Shown here one piece after another: positions 23,222 through 35,435 of a stretch of 64,000 nucleotides of DNA. The translations under genes were made by a program, and so were the position numbers. Under the pieces are notes generated by a model that saw only the letters and a program-made list of their open reading frames with translations, was not told the DNA's origin and ran no database searches. The DNA is from Calditrichia bacterium (lineage in GTDB: Bacteria > Calditrichota > Calditrichia > JAJRVZ01): NCBI GenBank assembly GCA_963796965.1, contig CAWCNS010000016.1:290673-354672 (forward strand), in the 5' to 3' direction. Numbering within the stretch: the stretch's first letter is position 1; every line of letters starts with the position of its first letter.

Positions 23222-24458
23222 ATGATAACACTTATAAAAAACATCGGACAACTGTATAGTGTTGATACCAAGGGTGGTTATGGCGATTATATAAATTATA
23301 GTGACTGTGCAATCGTCCTTGAGAATGACATTATCAGCGATATCTATCAGAATCCTCAACCAAAAATAAGGAATGCTGATCGAACAATCGATGCCGGAGG
23401 GAACACAGTTCTCCCGGGTTTTGTCGATGCCCACACCCATCCGGTTTTTTGGCAGACACGGGAATCTGAATTCATTATGCGTATAAGAGGCATGTCCTAT
23501 GAGGAGATTGCTAAAGCAGGAGGTGGGATCAGGAACAGCTCACGCAGTTTTCAGAAAGCTTCTGAGGCGCAAATCAAAGAGGTTACCCGGGACCGAATCC
23601 GGACTTTTCTTGAATATGGTACAACAACGATTGAAGCTGAAAAGTGGTTATGGCTTGTCTTTGAAAAGTGAGTTAAAAGCATTGCAGATTATCGCTGATC
23701 TCAACAAGGAGCAGGCATTGGAGATGATCCCCACATTTTTGGGTGCCCATGAAGTACCGGATGAATATCGAAACAACCGCAATGAATATATCAATCTGGT
23801 GGTTAATAAAATGATTCCGGAAGTGGCTGAAAAAAAACTGGCCCGCTATTGTGATGTATTCTGCGAAAAAGGTGTTTTTACCCTCACTGAGACCAAATTG
23901 ATTCTTCAAAAGGCTTTGGAACACGGACTCCTGGGAAGAATTCATGCTGATGAATTACATGCCTTTGGAGCAGCTGAGTCTGCAGCTGAAATGAGTACAG
24001 TTACGGCCGATCATCTTGTAAAAACTTCTGACACAGGTATCCGGATGATGGCGGAGGCAGGTGTGATCCCTGTACTATTACCTGCCACTACTTTCTTTCT
24101 AAGGAAAGACGAATATGCACCTGCAAAAAAAATGCTTTCCGCCGGTTGTGAGGTAGCTCTTGCTACAGACTTTAATCCGGGTAGTTCAATGACACAAAGC
24201 ATGCAACTTGTTTGGACTATTGGGGCTCTTAAACTTGGTATGTTGCCCGGAGAATTGTTATGGGCAACTACCTATATTCCGGCAAAGAGCTTACAAATGG
24301 GTCAACAGGTTGGCAGTATTGAAAGAGGAAAACAAGCAGACCTGATTCTCCTGAATATCCCAAACCTTGATTTTCTGGCTTATCATATGGGAATAAATCA
24401 TGTGATGTATACAATTAAAAAGGGATTGATTGTATACAAGCAAGATAATCTGCTATAG
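23222..24458 (+). CDS. hutI: Imidazolonepropionase-like amidohydrolase (HutI family), reading frame interrupted by an apparent 1-bp insertion near 23637
   Basis: Frame 1 carries VDAHTHPVF ... GGGI ... EYGTTTIE; frame +1 continues with KSGYGL ... FLGAHEVPDEY ... ATDFNPGSS. Removing one base near 23637 restores TTIEVKSGYGL, which matches the HutI consensus. Confidence 0.75.
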
Positions 24459-25087
24459 AGTCTACCTAGTTTAAATAATTTATATATTTATGTGGCCAAC
24501 GAAGAATGACAAAAAGTAGTAGTTGCTCCTGGCTGGAACCTGCAAAGATTTATCTGATTCACTTTATACATTGTTATATATATTCCTTCAATTCATTTTC
24601 TTTATATTAAAAATTATTATTAATAGATATACTTTTCTGGCGTCTTTTAATATTATTCTTCAGAGATTTTTGTTGATTTGTGATCTTCCTGACAATTTCA
24701 TACAACCGATCTATATTCTACCCGTATAATAATATAAATTAAAAACAATCCTGCAGTTTTACATATGGTGAAGGTTCTGTCATTCTGTCCCGGATTTCAA
24801 TAGGGATAAGTCATATCATGTAAATGCAATGAAAAAAAATGCGTGGCACGTCACAAGGCACCTGAACGGAGATTGAAAATCATTGATACTAAATCAACAA
24901 AATAAAAGGATAATACGGATCAATTTAGTTATAAAAGGTTAATTGAAATTTATCCATCTTGGGAAGTGTAAATTTAGAAATTGCAGGTATCTTGTGTGAC
25001 TTTATGGCAGATTGTATCTTGACTTTACAGGGGGCATTTGATAACTTCAAATAAAATTAAATCACCTACTTTAACATATGTTTACTT

Positions 25088-26244
25088 ATGACTGATCAAA
25101 AACCAGATAAATATAACGATATAAAAAATGAAATTGGCATTTACGGCGAGTCACCCGAGATTGAGGAAATGTTACGGATCGTTGGTACGGTTGCCCCCAC
25201 GGACCTCTCGGTACTAATAAACGGAGAAAGTGGAACCGGAAAAGAGTTAATCGCTCGTGCCTTACACAACCTGAGTACACGGAAGGATAAACCCCTGATA
25301 TCTGTAAATACCGGAGCAATTCCGGAGGGGATACTAGAAAGTGAGTTGTTTGGCCATGAAAAAGGATCGTTTACAGGAGCTATTGGTCAAAAAAAGGGTA
25401 TTTTGAAGCTGCTGATGGTGGAACGATCTTTTTAGATGAGATTGGAGAGATGCCGCTTAATACACAAGTTAAGTTGTTGAGAGTATTGGAGGAATCGGAA
25501 TTTATGCGTGTTGGAGGTACCCAGTTATTTAAAGTAGATGTTCGTCTGGTAGCAGCAACAAATAAAAATTTGGAAAATGCTGTTAAGAATGGTGAATTTC
25601 GTCAGGATCTTTATTTCCGCCTCAAAGCCATTACAATCGATATTCCCCCACTGAGGCAGCGACGGGAAGACATCCCTCTTTTGGTTTCTTTTTTTACTAA
25701 TAAGTTTGAGGAAGAACAAAATCATTCATTCAAAGGTTTTTCACCCGAAGCTTTACAGCTGATGAAGGAATATGATTGGCCTGGAAATATCAGGGAGTTG
25801 CGGAACTTTGTTGAGACCTCTCTGATATTGAATAAGGGCGAAGTTGTAAACTCTACATACGTCAGTGCTAATTTGAAGCTCAGAGGAGATTCAAGAAATC
25901 TGCCGGTACCGCTAAACCGGCCTCATGATCAGGCAGAGCGTGAATTAATTTATCGCACACTTTGGGCACTTAAACTGGATGTTGATGAGATTAAAAATAT
26001 TTTATTAGAAATTCAGGGACGCAATTTTAGCACAGACAATCTTTCTGACATGTCGTCTATCGGGGAGGATGCAGTTTCGGACCCTGATGGTTTTGAACTA
26101 AAACCGATGACCATTGCTGCAATGGAAAGAGACATGATAAAAGATAATTTACGAAAGTTCGATGGTAATCGAAGAAAGACCGCGCGTGTCCTTCAAATCA
26201 GTGAAAGAACATTATACCGGAAAATAAAAGAATATGGCTTGTAA
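25088..26244 (+). CDS. Sigma-54-dependent transcriptional activator (AAA+ domain plus C-terminal Fis-type HTH, no N-terminal sensory domain), frame broken near 25390
   Basis: Walker A GESGTGKE; GAFTGA-like loop; restoring one G in the run at about 25388-25397 gives [25 protein letters not shown]; C-terminal HTH RKTARVLQISERTLYRKIKEYGL. Confidence 0.8.
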
Positions 26245-26731
26245 ATCACTCATTTTTTCTATCGGATTATTTATCACTATCTATGGTGTCGGATGTGTAT
26301 ATTCATTTGGTGGATCTATTCCTTCTGATGTTACTAAAATAGCAATCCCCTTATTTGATGACAATACTTCCTTCCCGGGGGTGCGGGAAGATCTGACAAA
26401 TTTGGTTATTGATGCATTTATCGCCAACAATATTCTCCAGGTGGTAGGTGAGTCGGAAACGGACCTACTGTTAACAGGAACCATTCTCTCAATAAGACAG
26501 CAAGCAGCGATCATTACAACCGGTGAAGAGGTTGATCAATTTGATGTCTATGTAAATGTGAAGGTTAAGTGTGAGCATTTGAGCTCCGGGAAAGTGTGGT
26601 GGGAGAAAACGCTGCGCCGTTTTGGTACCATGTCTGGGGCGGGGACTCAGGCAGATCAGCAGGAAGCCATAGGTGTGGCGATACTGCAAATAACAGATGA
26701 TATCCTCAATAATACATTAGCTTATTGGTAA
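26234..26731 (+). CDS. LptE-like LPS-assembly lipoprotein (putative)
   Basis: Signal peptide with lipobox-like GVGC followed by the LptE-like pattern YSFGGSIPSDVTKIAIPLFDDNTS; about 165 aa. Confidence 0.5.
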   Translation: MACKSLIFSIGLFITIYGVGCVYSFGGSIPSDVTKIAIPLFDDNTSFPGVREDLTNLVIDAFIANNILQVVGESETDLLLTGTILSIRQQAAIITTGEEVDQFDVYVNVKVKCEHLSSGKVWWEKTLRRFGTMSGAGTQADQQEAIGVAILQITDDILNNTLAYW

Positions 26732-26734
26732 TAG

Positions 26735-28197
26735 ATGATTCAATATATAATATTAAATATATATCTTGTATGTTTGGGTATAATTGGTATATTCTCAATA
26801 GAAGCGCTGTATCTTACCTTCAAATTCTGGCAGGGTTTAAAGAGAGAAGGTTTACAGAAAAAGAACGAATCACTACCAATTGTTACGGTCCAATTGCCGA
26901 TTTATAATGAACAATACGTAGCAAAGAGATTGATACATTCTGTCTGTTCTCTCACATATCCAATCGATAAACTTCAGATCCAGGTGCTCGATGATTCTAC
27001 TGATCAAACCACTCACATATGTAAAGAACAGGTAGATCTGTATAAAAAGAAGGGCTTTGATATTATCTATATACCCCGGGTTGTGCGCATCGGCTTTAAG
27101 GCAGGGGCTTTGCGCGAGGGTCTTGTAAAAGCAAAAGGAGAACTTATAGCAATATTTGATGCAGATTTTATGCCCGGCAAAGATTTTCTCTTAGATACCG
27201 TTCAGCAATTTAATGATCCACTGGTCGGAATGGTGCAGACACGTTGGGACCATCTTAATGAAGATTTCTCGCTTTTGACACGGGCACAGGCATTTGGGCT
27301 TTCTGGTCATTTTGTTGTTGAGCAAAATGGACGTAATAATGCGGGATGTTTTATAAATTTTAATGGAACTGCCGGAGTATGGCGCAAAAAATGCATTGAA
27401 GATGCAGGAAATTGGCAAGATGATACGTTAACAGAGGATTTGGATTTAAGTACAGGGCGCAAATCAAAGGATGGAAATTTTTATATTTGAACGAAATTCC
27501 AACATTATCAGAATTGCCCGCGGAAATCAATGCTCTCAAAGGTCAGCAATATCGCTGGACAAAAGGAGCCATCGAGACGGCTCGAAAAATTTTACCTCTT
27601 CTCTGGAGGAGTGACCACTCTATATTTAAAAAAATTCATGGAACCTTTCATCTTCTTGGGAATCTGGTTTATCCATTCATCTTTTTATTAGCGATATTAA
27701 ATTTACCGATTATACTGATAAAAAATGAAATGCCCCAAACAAGGATATATTTTGTGGTTTTTGCATTATTTATGCTTTCATTTGCATCATCGTTTATATT
27801 TTATTTACTTTCTCAAAAGGCGCTTCATAAAGACTGGAAGACACGACTGTTAATGTTCCCTGTCTTTATGTCCGGTAGCATGGGGTTTTCTATAAATAAT
27901 TCATGGGCAGTTATCCAGGGATTATTAAAAAAACGAACACCTTTCGTTCGTACACCAAAATACCATTTAGTAGGAAAAACGGGTACATTTAAAGGTAAAG
28001 GTTACAGCGCATCCATAGATAAAATGGTGTATGTGGAAATAATAATGGCTGTTTATAGCTGTATTGGTGTGCTTATAGCCATTTATTATCTTGAGTTAGG
28101 CATTCTACCCTTTATGATAATGTTTTTAATTGGATTTTCTATCACTGGATTTTTATCAATAAGTCATTATATTAAGATTAACTATAGGAGAGCCTGA
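26735..28197 (+). CDS. Processive family-2 glycosyltransferase (cellulose/chitin-synthase-like, QxxRW), frame broken near 27450
   Basis: GT2 motifs (DDSTD, DADF, TEDLDLS) in frame 1, then QQYRW and multiple TM helices in the next frame; a 1-bp deletion near 27448-27452 separates them. Confidence 0.8.
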
Positions 28198-28198
28198 A

Positions 28199-29440
28199 TT
28201 GGAAATTTCCGAAGATTCAATTAGTATGCCTGGCGGAGATATTCTGTTTGCCCGCCTCGCTTATAACTTGCTGGAATCTGGTGATGTTGAAGAGGCGACC
28301 AAGATTCTCGAGAAGGGTTTGCGGGCTTATCCATCATATGCACAGGCACATTATATTCTGGCCAAATGTTACATGAAACAACATTTAACGGATGAGGCGC
28401 GTGCAGAACTGGAACGTGTTCTTCGTTATGACCCTAACCATGGAAATGCGATAAAAGATCTTTCGAGTATGTACTTTTTAAATGGATTTCAGGATTTATA
28501 TAAAGAGTATCTTTTAAAACTATTCACGCTTAATCCATTAAACGAAGAAATTGTTGATGAAGTTAAAAAGTTGGGCGAATACAAACTCTGGGCACCAGTG
28601 ACAGAAAGTACTCCCCTGGCTGATTTAGCCAATACCAATTTGAAGGAAAAAAATATTCCTGAACCTGAGGAAGGGGCAGTAGTTGCACCTGAGATTCCAG
28701 AACAGGTGGAATCTAAGGACTACCCTGAACCTATATTTTCCGCTAAAGTTGATTTGAGTCAGTTTGATAATGTACATGACGATTTTACAACGATTTTGCA
28801 TGGAAATTTAGAACTTCCTCAAAAAAGTGTGATAATAGAAGATGAGGACCTTGATCTATTGAAAAGTAAAGAGGAAATATTTGGTGGGGAGGAAGAACCT
28901 GTTGAGATAACAGAATCTGCCCCTGAGGAAAGCCTCGAATCTATGAATGATATTTTAGGAGAAGATGAAGAATTAGTGATCCAACAGATTAAGGATACTG
29001 ATGATCACCTCCTTATTTCTGATGATGAAGATAACATGCTTCCGGGGGATATCTTAAATACACCTACCAAAGAGGAAGAAGCAAATGAGGGGATATCTAA
29101 AGAACCGGAAATTTCACAAACCAGAGTGGAAGAAGACCAGGTTGATATAGATAATATCCTCATGGAAAAATCTGATTCAATGGGTCTCAAAAAAGAAAGA
29201 CTTGCCGAGTCAGATCATCCTGTTGCAGATTTTGACCACCTGCAGGATGATGAAGAAAGCAAATTCGAACAACCAAAGATTATAAGTCAAACTCTTGGTG
29301 AGATTCTGGTATCACAAAAAAAATATTCAGAGGCAAAATCAGTATTTGAAGCATTAAAAGAAAAAACCCCCAACAATAAATCACTGGATGTGAAAATAGC
29401 CTATCTTGATAAAATTATAGGTTTGGAAAAAAAAACTTGA
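28199..29440 (+). CDS. TPR-repeat protein with acidic low-complexity C-terminal region
   Basis: N-terminal tetratricopeptide-like repeats followed by a long Glu/Asp-rich segment; TTG start 6 nt after GGAGAG. Confidence 0.65.
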   Translation: MEISEDSISMPGGDILFARLAYNLLESGDVEEATKILEKGLRAYPSYAQAHYILAKCYMKQHLTDEARAELERVLRYDPNHGNAIKDLSSMYFLNGFQDLYKEYLLKLFTLNPLNEEIVDEVKKLGEYKLWAPVTESTPLADLANTNLKEKNIPEPEEGAVVAPEIPEQVESKDYPEPIFSAKVDLSQFDNVHDDFTTILHGNLELPQKSVIIEDEDLDLLKSKEEIFGGEEEPVEITESAPEESLESMNDILGEDEELVIQQIKDTDDHLLISDDEDNMLPGDILNTPTKEEEANEGISKEPEISQTRVEEDQVDIDNILMEKSDSMGLKKERLAESDHPVADFDHLQDDEESKFEQPKIISQTLGEILVSQKKYSEAKSVFEALKEKTPNNKSLDVKIAYLDKIIGLEKKT

Positions 29441-29679
29441 ACCATATGAGATATTCCTAAATTATTGAACTTCTCCTCTACCTGTTAGTAAAATGGAATA
29501 AGTTATTAAGGAACCTTGAATTAGAGACTATTTCAAAACCGAACTTCTGGAAAATCGTTTATTTATTAAAATAATATTCTTAATCCAGTCGCCGGAACAG
29601 TGAGATATTTTCGTTCATGGTTTATGCGTTTTTCAACCATCTGAATATTATACTATAAATAAGATATATTAACTATCCA

Positions 29680-32600
29680 ATGATTTATAAGCCGCATGCT
29701 ACTTTCCTGATTTTGATTTCCTGCTTGATACTCTTTACTTCTGCTGGTATGGCAGCCGGCTCCCATAATAAAGAGTACCTCATTCGTATCGCAGGTGATC
29801 TTTCGTTAGAAATTGAAAACAGCCAGGCAAAGAATGCACCCGATTTTTTAAAAAAATCACTCCAGTTGGAAGACGGTTCGGAAATTACCAAAATTCTGGA
29901 TGTGCCAGCCTCTTTATTGTCGAGATGGTATCACATATCAATCGCACCCAATTCTCGAAATCAAATCTCAGCCCTTCAGCAAAATCGAGGTATAGAATTG
30001 GTCCAGGAAAACAATCATTTCCAGATACATGGACAGCTGATAAATGATTCCCTCTATTCAAATCAATGGTATCATAACAAGATTGGTGCCTTAGCATCAT
30101 GGGAAAATTATACCCTGAAACCGGAAGCACTTATTGCCATCATAGATACAGGTATTGACTATGAGCATCCGGATTTGGAGGGAAGTTTATGGATTAATGC
30201 AGAGGAGGACCTGAATGGCAATGGTCAATTGGATCCAGGTGACCAGAATAATCTTGATGACGATAACAACGGATATATTGATGATGTGATTGGTTGGGAT
30301 TTTACGGATGCGCCCCGACTAAACAGTGGGGGGGATGATACCAACCCTGATAATGATCCCATGGATGAGTATTCGGGTGGTCATGGTACAAAAATTGCCG
30401 GTATTATTGCTGCCCAAACGAATAATTATCGCGGTATATCGGGGTTGATTCCAGGTGCGAAGGTGATGAATTTGCGCTCGGGTACGGCAGATGGATATCT
30501 GGAAGAAGACGATGTTGCCCGAGCGGTGTTATATGCGATCAATAATGGTGCTAAGATTATTAATATGAGTTTTGGTGACGTGGTTCTTTCAAGATTTCTA
30601 AAAGATGTCATCGCGTATGCGTATTCTAAGGATATCATAATTGTTGCTTCCTCTGGAAATTCAGGCAATGATCAGGTCCATTATCCTTCTGGTCTTGCAG
30701 AAACTATTTCGGTTGGTGCTACAGATCAAAATGATAATCGGGCCAATTTTTCTAATTTCGGTGGAACCATTGACCTGGTGGCACCAGGTGTTGATATTCT
30801 AAGCACAAACCTGGGGGGAGGATATGGCATGGCCGGGGGAACAGCTTTAGCGCGCCTATGGTATCTGCGACAGCTGCTGTATTGATCTCTAAAAATAATG
30901 ATTTATCTGTTGAACAAGTCCGCAACCAATTAAAAACTTCAACTGATGATATCGGTGTACAAGGATGGGAACCCAAATTTGGCTCTGGCAGACTCAATAT
31001 GGAGAAAGCATCTCTAGTAAAGGACGAAAGTAGTCTGGTGATTCACCATCCCCGTACAGGATCGCACAGTGCTGATGACAGCATCGTGATTGTAGCCACA
31101 GCATTGGATCCAAATCTCATTTCACTGGATCTGGCTTATGGATTTGGTGCTGATCCCTTGGAGTGGATTGATATTCTAAAGGACTATGGATATCAAATTA
31201 TTGATGATACACTTGCAATTCTTCCCGTGGGAGTTATTCCGGATACTGTGCTGACATTGCGCTTACGTTTAAATACATGGCAGGGTCAAATTTCAGAAAA
31301 TCGCTCCCTGATAAGCCTGGACAGGACAGGACCAAAAATTGAAAATCACATGGTTGTTCGCCAACTTGATGGGGCTCAATATTCTTATCTTATAAAGTTT
31401 GAATCGGATGATGTTTGTACGGCTGATATCTTTATACGATCTAAGCCAGGTGATCAGGAATTTACCCCTGTTCATCTTTCCTACGAAACAAGAAACCATT
31501 ATTATCTGATTGGCCCAGAAAGAGATAGTGAATATTATTTAAAATTGACAAACTATAGTGGACTGGAAGAAATAGATGATAATAATGGTACTTATTTCCA
31601 ATTAAAATCAATTGATCAAAATATTATCCAAAATGAGTTTATTCAGACTGATCAATCTATTCCATCAGGGTACATTCTCACAGAGCCAATTGATTTTGAT
31701 CAGGATGGTAACTACGAGATCGTCATCTCAGCGTATGACGTAAATCGTAATTTTGGTCCGGTTGTTGTGTTTGAATGGGAAAACGGACAATTTGTCAAAC
31801 AGATGGAAACACCATTTAAAGCAATACCACGTTCCTTTGGTGATGCTGATAGTGATGGCAAACCGGAATTACTTTTGGGATATGGACAGAAAAGTTATTT
31901 ACTGGAATCCACGGGGTCTGATGGCTGGTCTTCACAAATTGTATGGTCAGATACAGGTGCTTTCTGGGCAAGTAGGATCACAGATCTTGACAATGATGGA
32001 ATTAATGAGATTCTGGGCAAGGAAGGACAGGATTTTGTCCTATATGAATCTACGGGAGACAATACTTTCTCAAAGGTTTTTACCTTTGAGAATTCGAGTC
32101 AGGGTAGTAATCAACTTGGTCCTCCACGAACTGAGATTGCTGATCTTGACAATGATGGATATTCTGAAATATATTTTGGTGACTATGATGGTGATATCAT
32201 TTCTTACGAGAATACGGGTAATGATACCTATAATTCGCTTGGATCTATTTCTCTTCCTCTGGAGGATGCAACAAATTTTTTTACTGCGTCAAACCAGACT
32301 TCGCAGGGTCTCCGATCATTGGTTGCTGGATCTCATACAAATACAAATGTAAGTGATGAGCATGAATTCGCTGCTCAATATTGGTCCTATTCAGTGATTC
32401 GGATGAATTCAAATAATTCCTACGAAATAAAGCAGGAAATTCCCGTCTACGGATATGCAGATCTTAGGGATTTCGAAGCAGGGTGCGCTACCGCTACCCT
32501 GAGTGAAAATGGTGAAGAGTTTGTTTTTCTTGCCCCATATCCTGATCTCTACGTTTTTAAAACAGAAGGCGACAGTCTCGTGCCAGTGTGGTATCATGAC

Positions 32601-33857
32601 GATGTAAATACAAACACCATCTTGGTATACGATTTTGATGGGGATAAAAAGAATGAATTCTTTTTTAATGGCAATGATCACATTGTTGCCTATACAGAAT
32701 CTCTCCTTGATAGGCCTCTCCCTCCATCCAACTTGGAGGCTTTTCCGCCTGATGAATCATCAATATCTCTCTCATGGAAAGCCGTCTCCCAGGCTGATAA
32801 ATATATTATTTACCGGGGGAATGATCCACAACATTTAGTCGCTTATGATTCTACTGAATGGGAACCCCTCTATATGGATAGAGATGTCGTTGAAGGGGAG
32901 CGCTATTTCTATGCCGTCGGTGTGGTTTCATTATCCTTTGAGCATATGTACAGTAATTTTAGTGAGACAGTTTCAGCAACTCCGAACGAAGCACCACAGA
33001 TTGATACCGTGCTGGTAAAAAATGAACGGCAGGTGGAACTGTATTTTAACGAGAAGATGGACATTAATTCGATGGCAACCGTAAATTTTTCACTTCTTGG
33101 AGAAGACAATCCGACCACATCTGCCATTTCTTTCTTCGATGGCCAGGCTGTATTACTCAGTTTTTTTCAACCATTCCAGGATGGAGAGATTTATGATTTG
33201 AGGATGCATGCGGTAAGAGATACAAACAGGACACCGTTGCTTGCCATGGACACCCTTCAGAATTTTACCTATTTTGCCCAAGCGGGCGATAAACCATATA
33301 TGCGGGAGTGGATCTATGCGGGAGATAGACGTCTGATTCTGAAATTTAATATGCCAATGGATCCAGAATCTATTTTAAATTCTGGTAATTATGATCTTGA
33401 GCCTTCCGGCTCTGTTATTGGCGTTGAACAAATAGGCACATCCAAAATGGATTTCCACATTAATCTCAGTAAAGATACATACCCCCCGGGTTCCGGAATC
33501 ACAACCTATTTGATAATGAATGGTTTGCAGAATGCACGGGGTGAACTTTTAAAGGAGGGGAATCGTATTGCTCTGATCAAAGCAGAGGATAATATTGATA
33601 ATATTATAGTGTATCCACAACCTGTTACCAGGGACAAAGACGGGCTTATGTTTGCAAATCTTATAATGGGAACAGAAATAAGAATATTTGATATAAATGG
33701 CCATTTTATTGTCTTGTTAAAGGAAGAGGATCAAAACGGTGGTATTAGATGGGATCTTAAGGATAATCGTGGACAAAAAGTTAACAGCGGAATTTTTCTT
33801 TATCAAGCTACCTTTGAAAATCAGAAGAAAATCGGTAAATTCACTATTATAAAATAA
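29680..33857 (+). CDS. Secreted subtilisin-like S8 peptidase with FG-GAP/VCBS-like repeats and T9SS-type C-terminal sorting domain, frame broken near 30843
   Basis: Signal peptide; catalytic Asp (IAIIDTGID) and His (HGTKIAG) in frame 1; the catalytic Ser motif (SFSAPMVSATAAVL) appears only after a -1 shift at about 30841-30845; FG-GAP-like repeats (DLDNDG, DFDQDGN); last approx 80 aa resemble a Por/T9SS CTD. Confidence 0.8.
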
Positions 33858-34064
33858 ATGAGAGAACGTTATAGCAGTAGGCCTCTCTATTTCCTGCTAA
33901 ATAAATTCTCGATTTATTTTTTTTGTGAATCCTTCATATATGTAACGGCGCGATTAATCGCGTTGCTTCAAGGATATGAAGCGCATACATAAATTAATTT
34001 TGTTGTGTATCGGAAATAATAGGCGAATCAAAAGTAAAATATTATGGTTAGTAAAAAGGTCTAA

Positions 34065-34718
34065 ATGAAGAGAATTACAAAATATACGAATCCTAAAGTG
34101 ATAGCAGTTACGGGTGGTATAGGGAGTGGTCAAAGCACCGTATGCAAAAGGTTAAGTGAATTGGGTTGTAGAATAATTGACCTGGATAAGAAAGCAAAGC
34201 AAATTATTGAAAAGGACGCTTCTTTACAGAGAGAATTGAAAAAAACTTTTGGGAAAGAGATTTTTACACCTGATGGAAATCTTAATCGAAAATTGCTCGG
34301 ACGTCTGGCGTTTAGTCATGAGTCCAAAACGATGGAATTAAATAAATTGGTTCACCCCAGAATGGTAGCCGATGTAGTAGAAGAAATGGAAACAGCTCGT
34401 TTCTCTGAGAAATACCCATTAATTGTCATCGATGCTGCTCTGATTTTTGAAATAAGTATAGAGCAAATGTTTGATGCAGTGATTGTTGTGTACGCAAATA
34501 AGGATAATCGCATACAACGTGTCATGAAAAGAGATGATCTTAAGCATAATGAAATACTTGCCCGCATGCGTCGTCAAATTCCTTTGGAAGATAAAAAGGA
34601 GTGGGCCGATCACGTTATCGATAATAATGGAACAATTGAAGAATTATATAAACAAACAGAACAAATTTTTAATAAATTGGTACATAGTATCAAAACTGCC
34701 CACCGAATTCGTGTATAG
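34065..34718 (+). CDS. coaE: Dephospho-CoA kinase
   Basis: P-loop VIAVTGGIGSGQST and CoaE-length protein (217 aa). Confidence 0.85.
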   Translation: MKRITKYTNPKVIAVTGGIGSGQSTVCKRLSELGCRIIDLDKKAKQIIEKDASLQRELKKTFGKEIFTPDGNLNRKLLGRLAFSHESKTMELNKLVHPRMVADVVEEMETARFSEKYPLIVIDAALIFEISIEQMFDAVIVVYANKDNRIQRVMKRDDLKHNEILARMRRQIPLEDKKEWADHVIDNNGTIEELYKQTEQIFNKLVHSIKTAHRIRV

Positions 34719-34942
34719 CATAGTCCTATAATAAATCTTTTACCTCATTTATTGCTTTATTGGGAAGAAAATTACATCAAATTAAGTTGTAAACTTTATT
34801 TTATAATAGAATAATAACAATTGCTTTGAGAGAGATTGCCACTGGAAATGTCTCCATATTGGAAATAGTCCGATATTAATTGTTTTGTCGCTACTATCTG
34901 ATTAATAATTTTAATTAAACAATAAGACGGGATATTACATAA

Positions 34943-35398
34943 ATGTCAAACCACTCAAATGCCGGCAAAGTGCCCATCATAGAACTTGTTCAGAAAAATG
35001 AGGAAATGGGATTACAGTTTTTTAGAGAATGTATAAATAAAACCAATCAATTTAGTGCACAATACATTCTGAATAAGCTTCTTCACAATTATACGGATCA
35101 TGTGAAAGATCTGATTCAAGAGTTTCAGAAGATTCCAACTGAAGGGATTAACCAAAGACTGGCGTATGATTTGGAAGAGAGATTTTCACCAAAAGATTTG
35201 TGTGTAGAATTTGATCTATCAACACTTACGTTCTTAGAGGCAGCCAGGATTGTAATTCGAATGACAGAGAAAAATATTGATTTCTATAAATATTTTATTG
35301 AAGGAAAACTAAATAAGCCAACTCAAAAGGCACTTAAAAAAATAGTGGCACAGAAAAAGCTTATGTGGATAAACTGCGAGACGAGTATACCAGGTTAA
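34943..35398 (+). CDS. Hypothetical protein
   Basis: 151-aa ORF with no motif I recognise; convergent with dnaA. Confidence 0.4.
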   Translation: MSNHSNAGKVPIIELVQKNEEMGLQFFRECINKTNQFSAQYILNKLLHNYTDHVKDLIQEFQKIPTEGINQRLAYDLEERFSPKDLCVEFDLSTLTFLEAARIVIRMTEKNIDFYKYFIEGKLNKPTQKALKKIVAQKKLMWINCETSIPG

Positions 35399-35435
35399 AC
35401 CCACACCGTTAAAATTCAGAATCGAAATTCTATGT

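Noticed and set aside
24845-24863. TGGCACGTCACAAGGCA resembles a sigma-54 -24/-12 promoter upstream of the sigma-54 activator gene
   Set aside because: The GC of the -12 element is displaced by one position relative to the GG of the -24 element (the GG-N10-GC spacing is not met), and sigma-54 is strict about spacing; it also lies upstream of the activator itself rather than a plausible target.
24460-25087. 630-bp AT-rich gap tested for RNase P RNA, SRP RNA or 6S RNA
   Set aside because: None of the conserved cores I know for these RNAs (e.g. the RNase P GGAAAGUCCGG region, the SRP domain-IV motif) is present; only the short direct repeat noted in the findings stands out.
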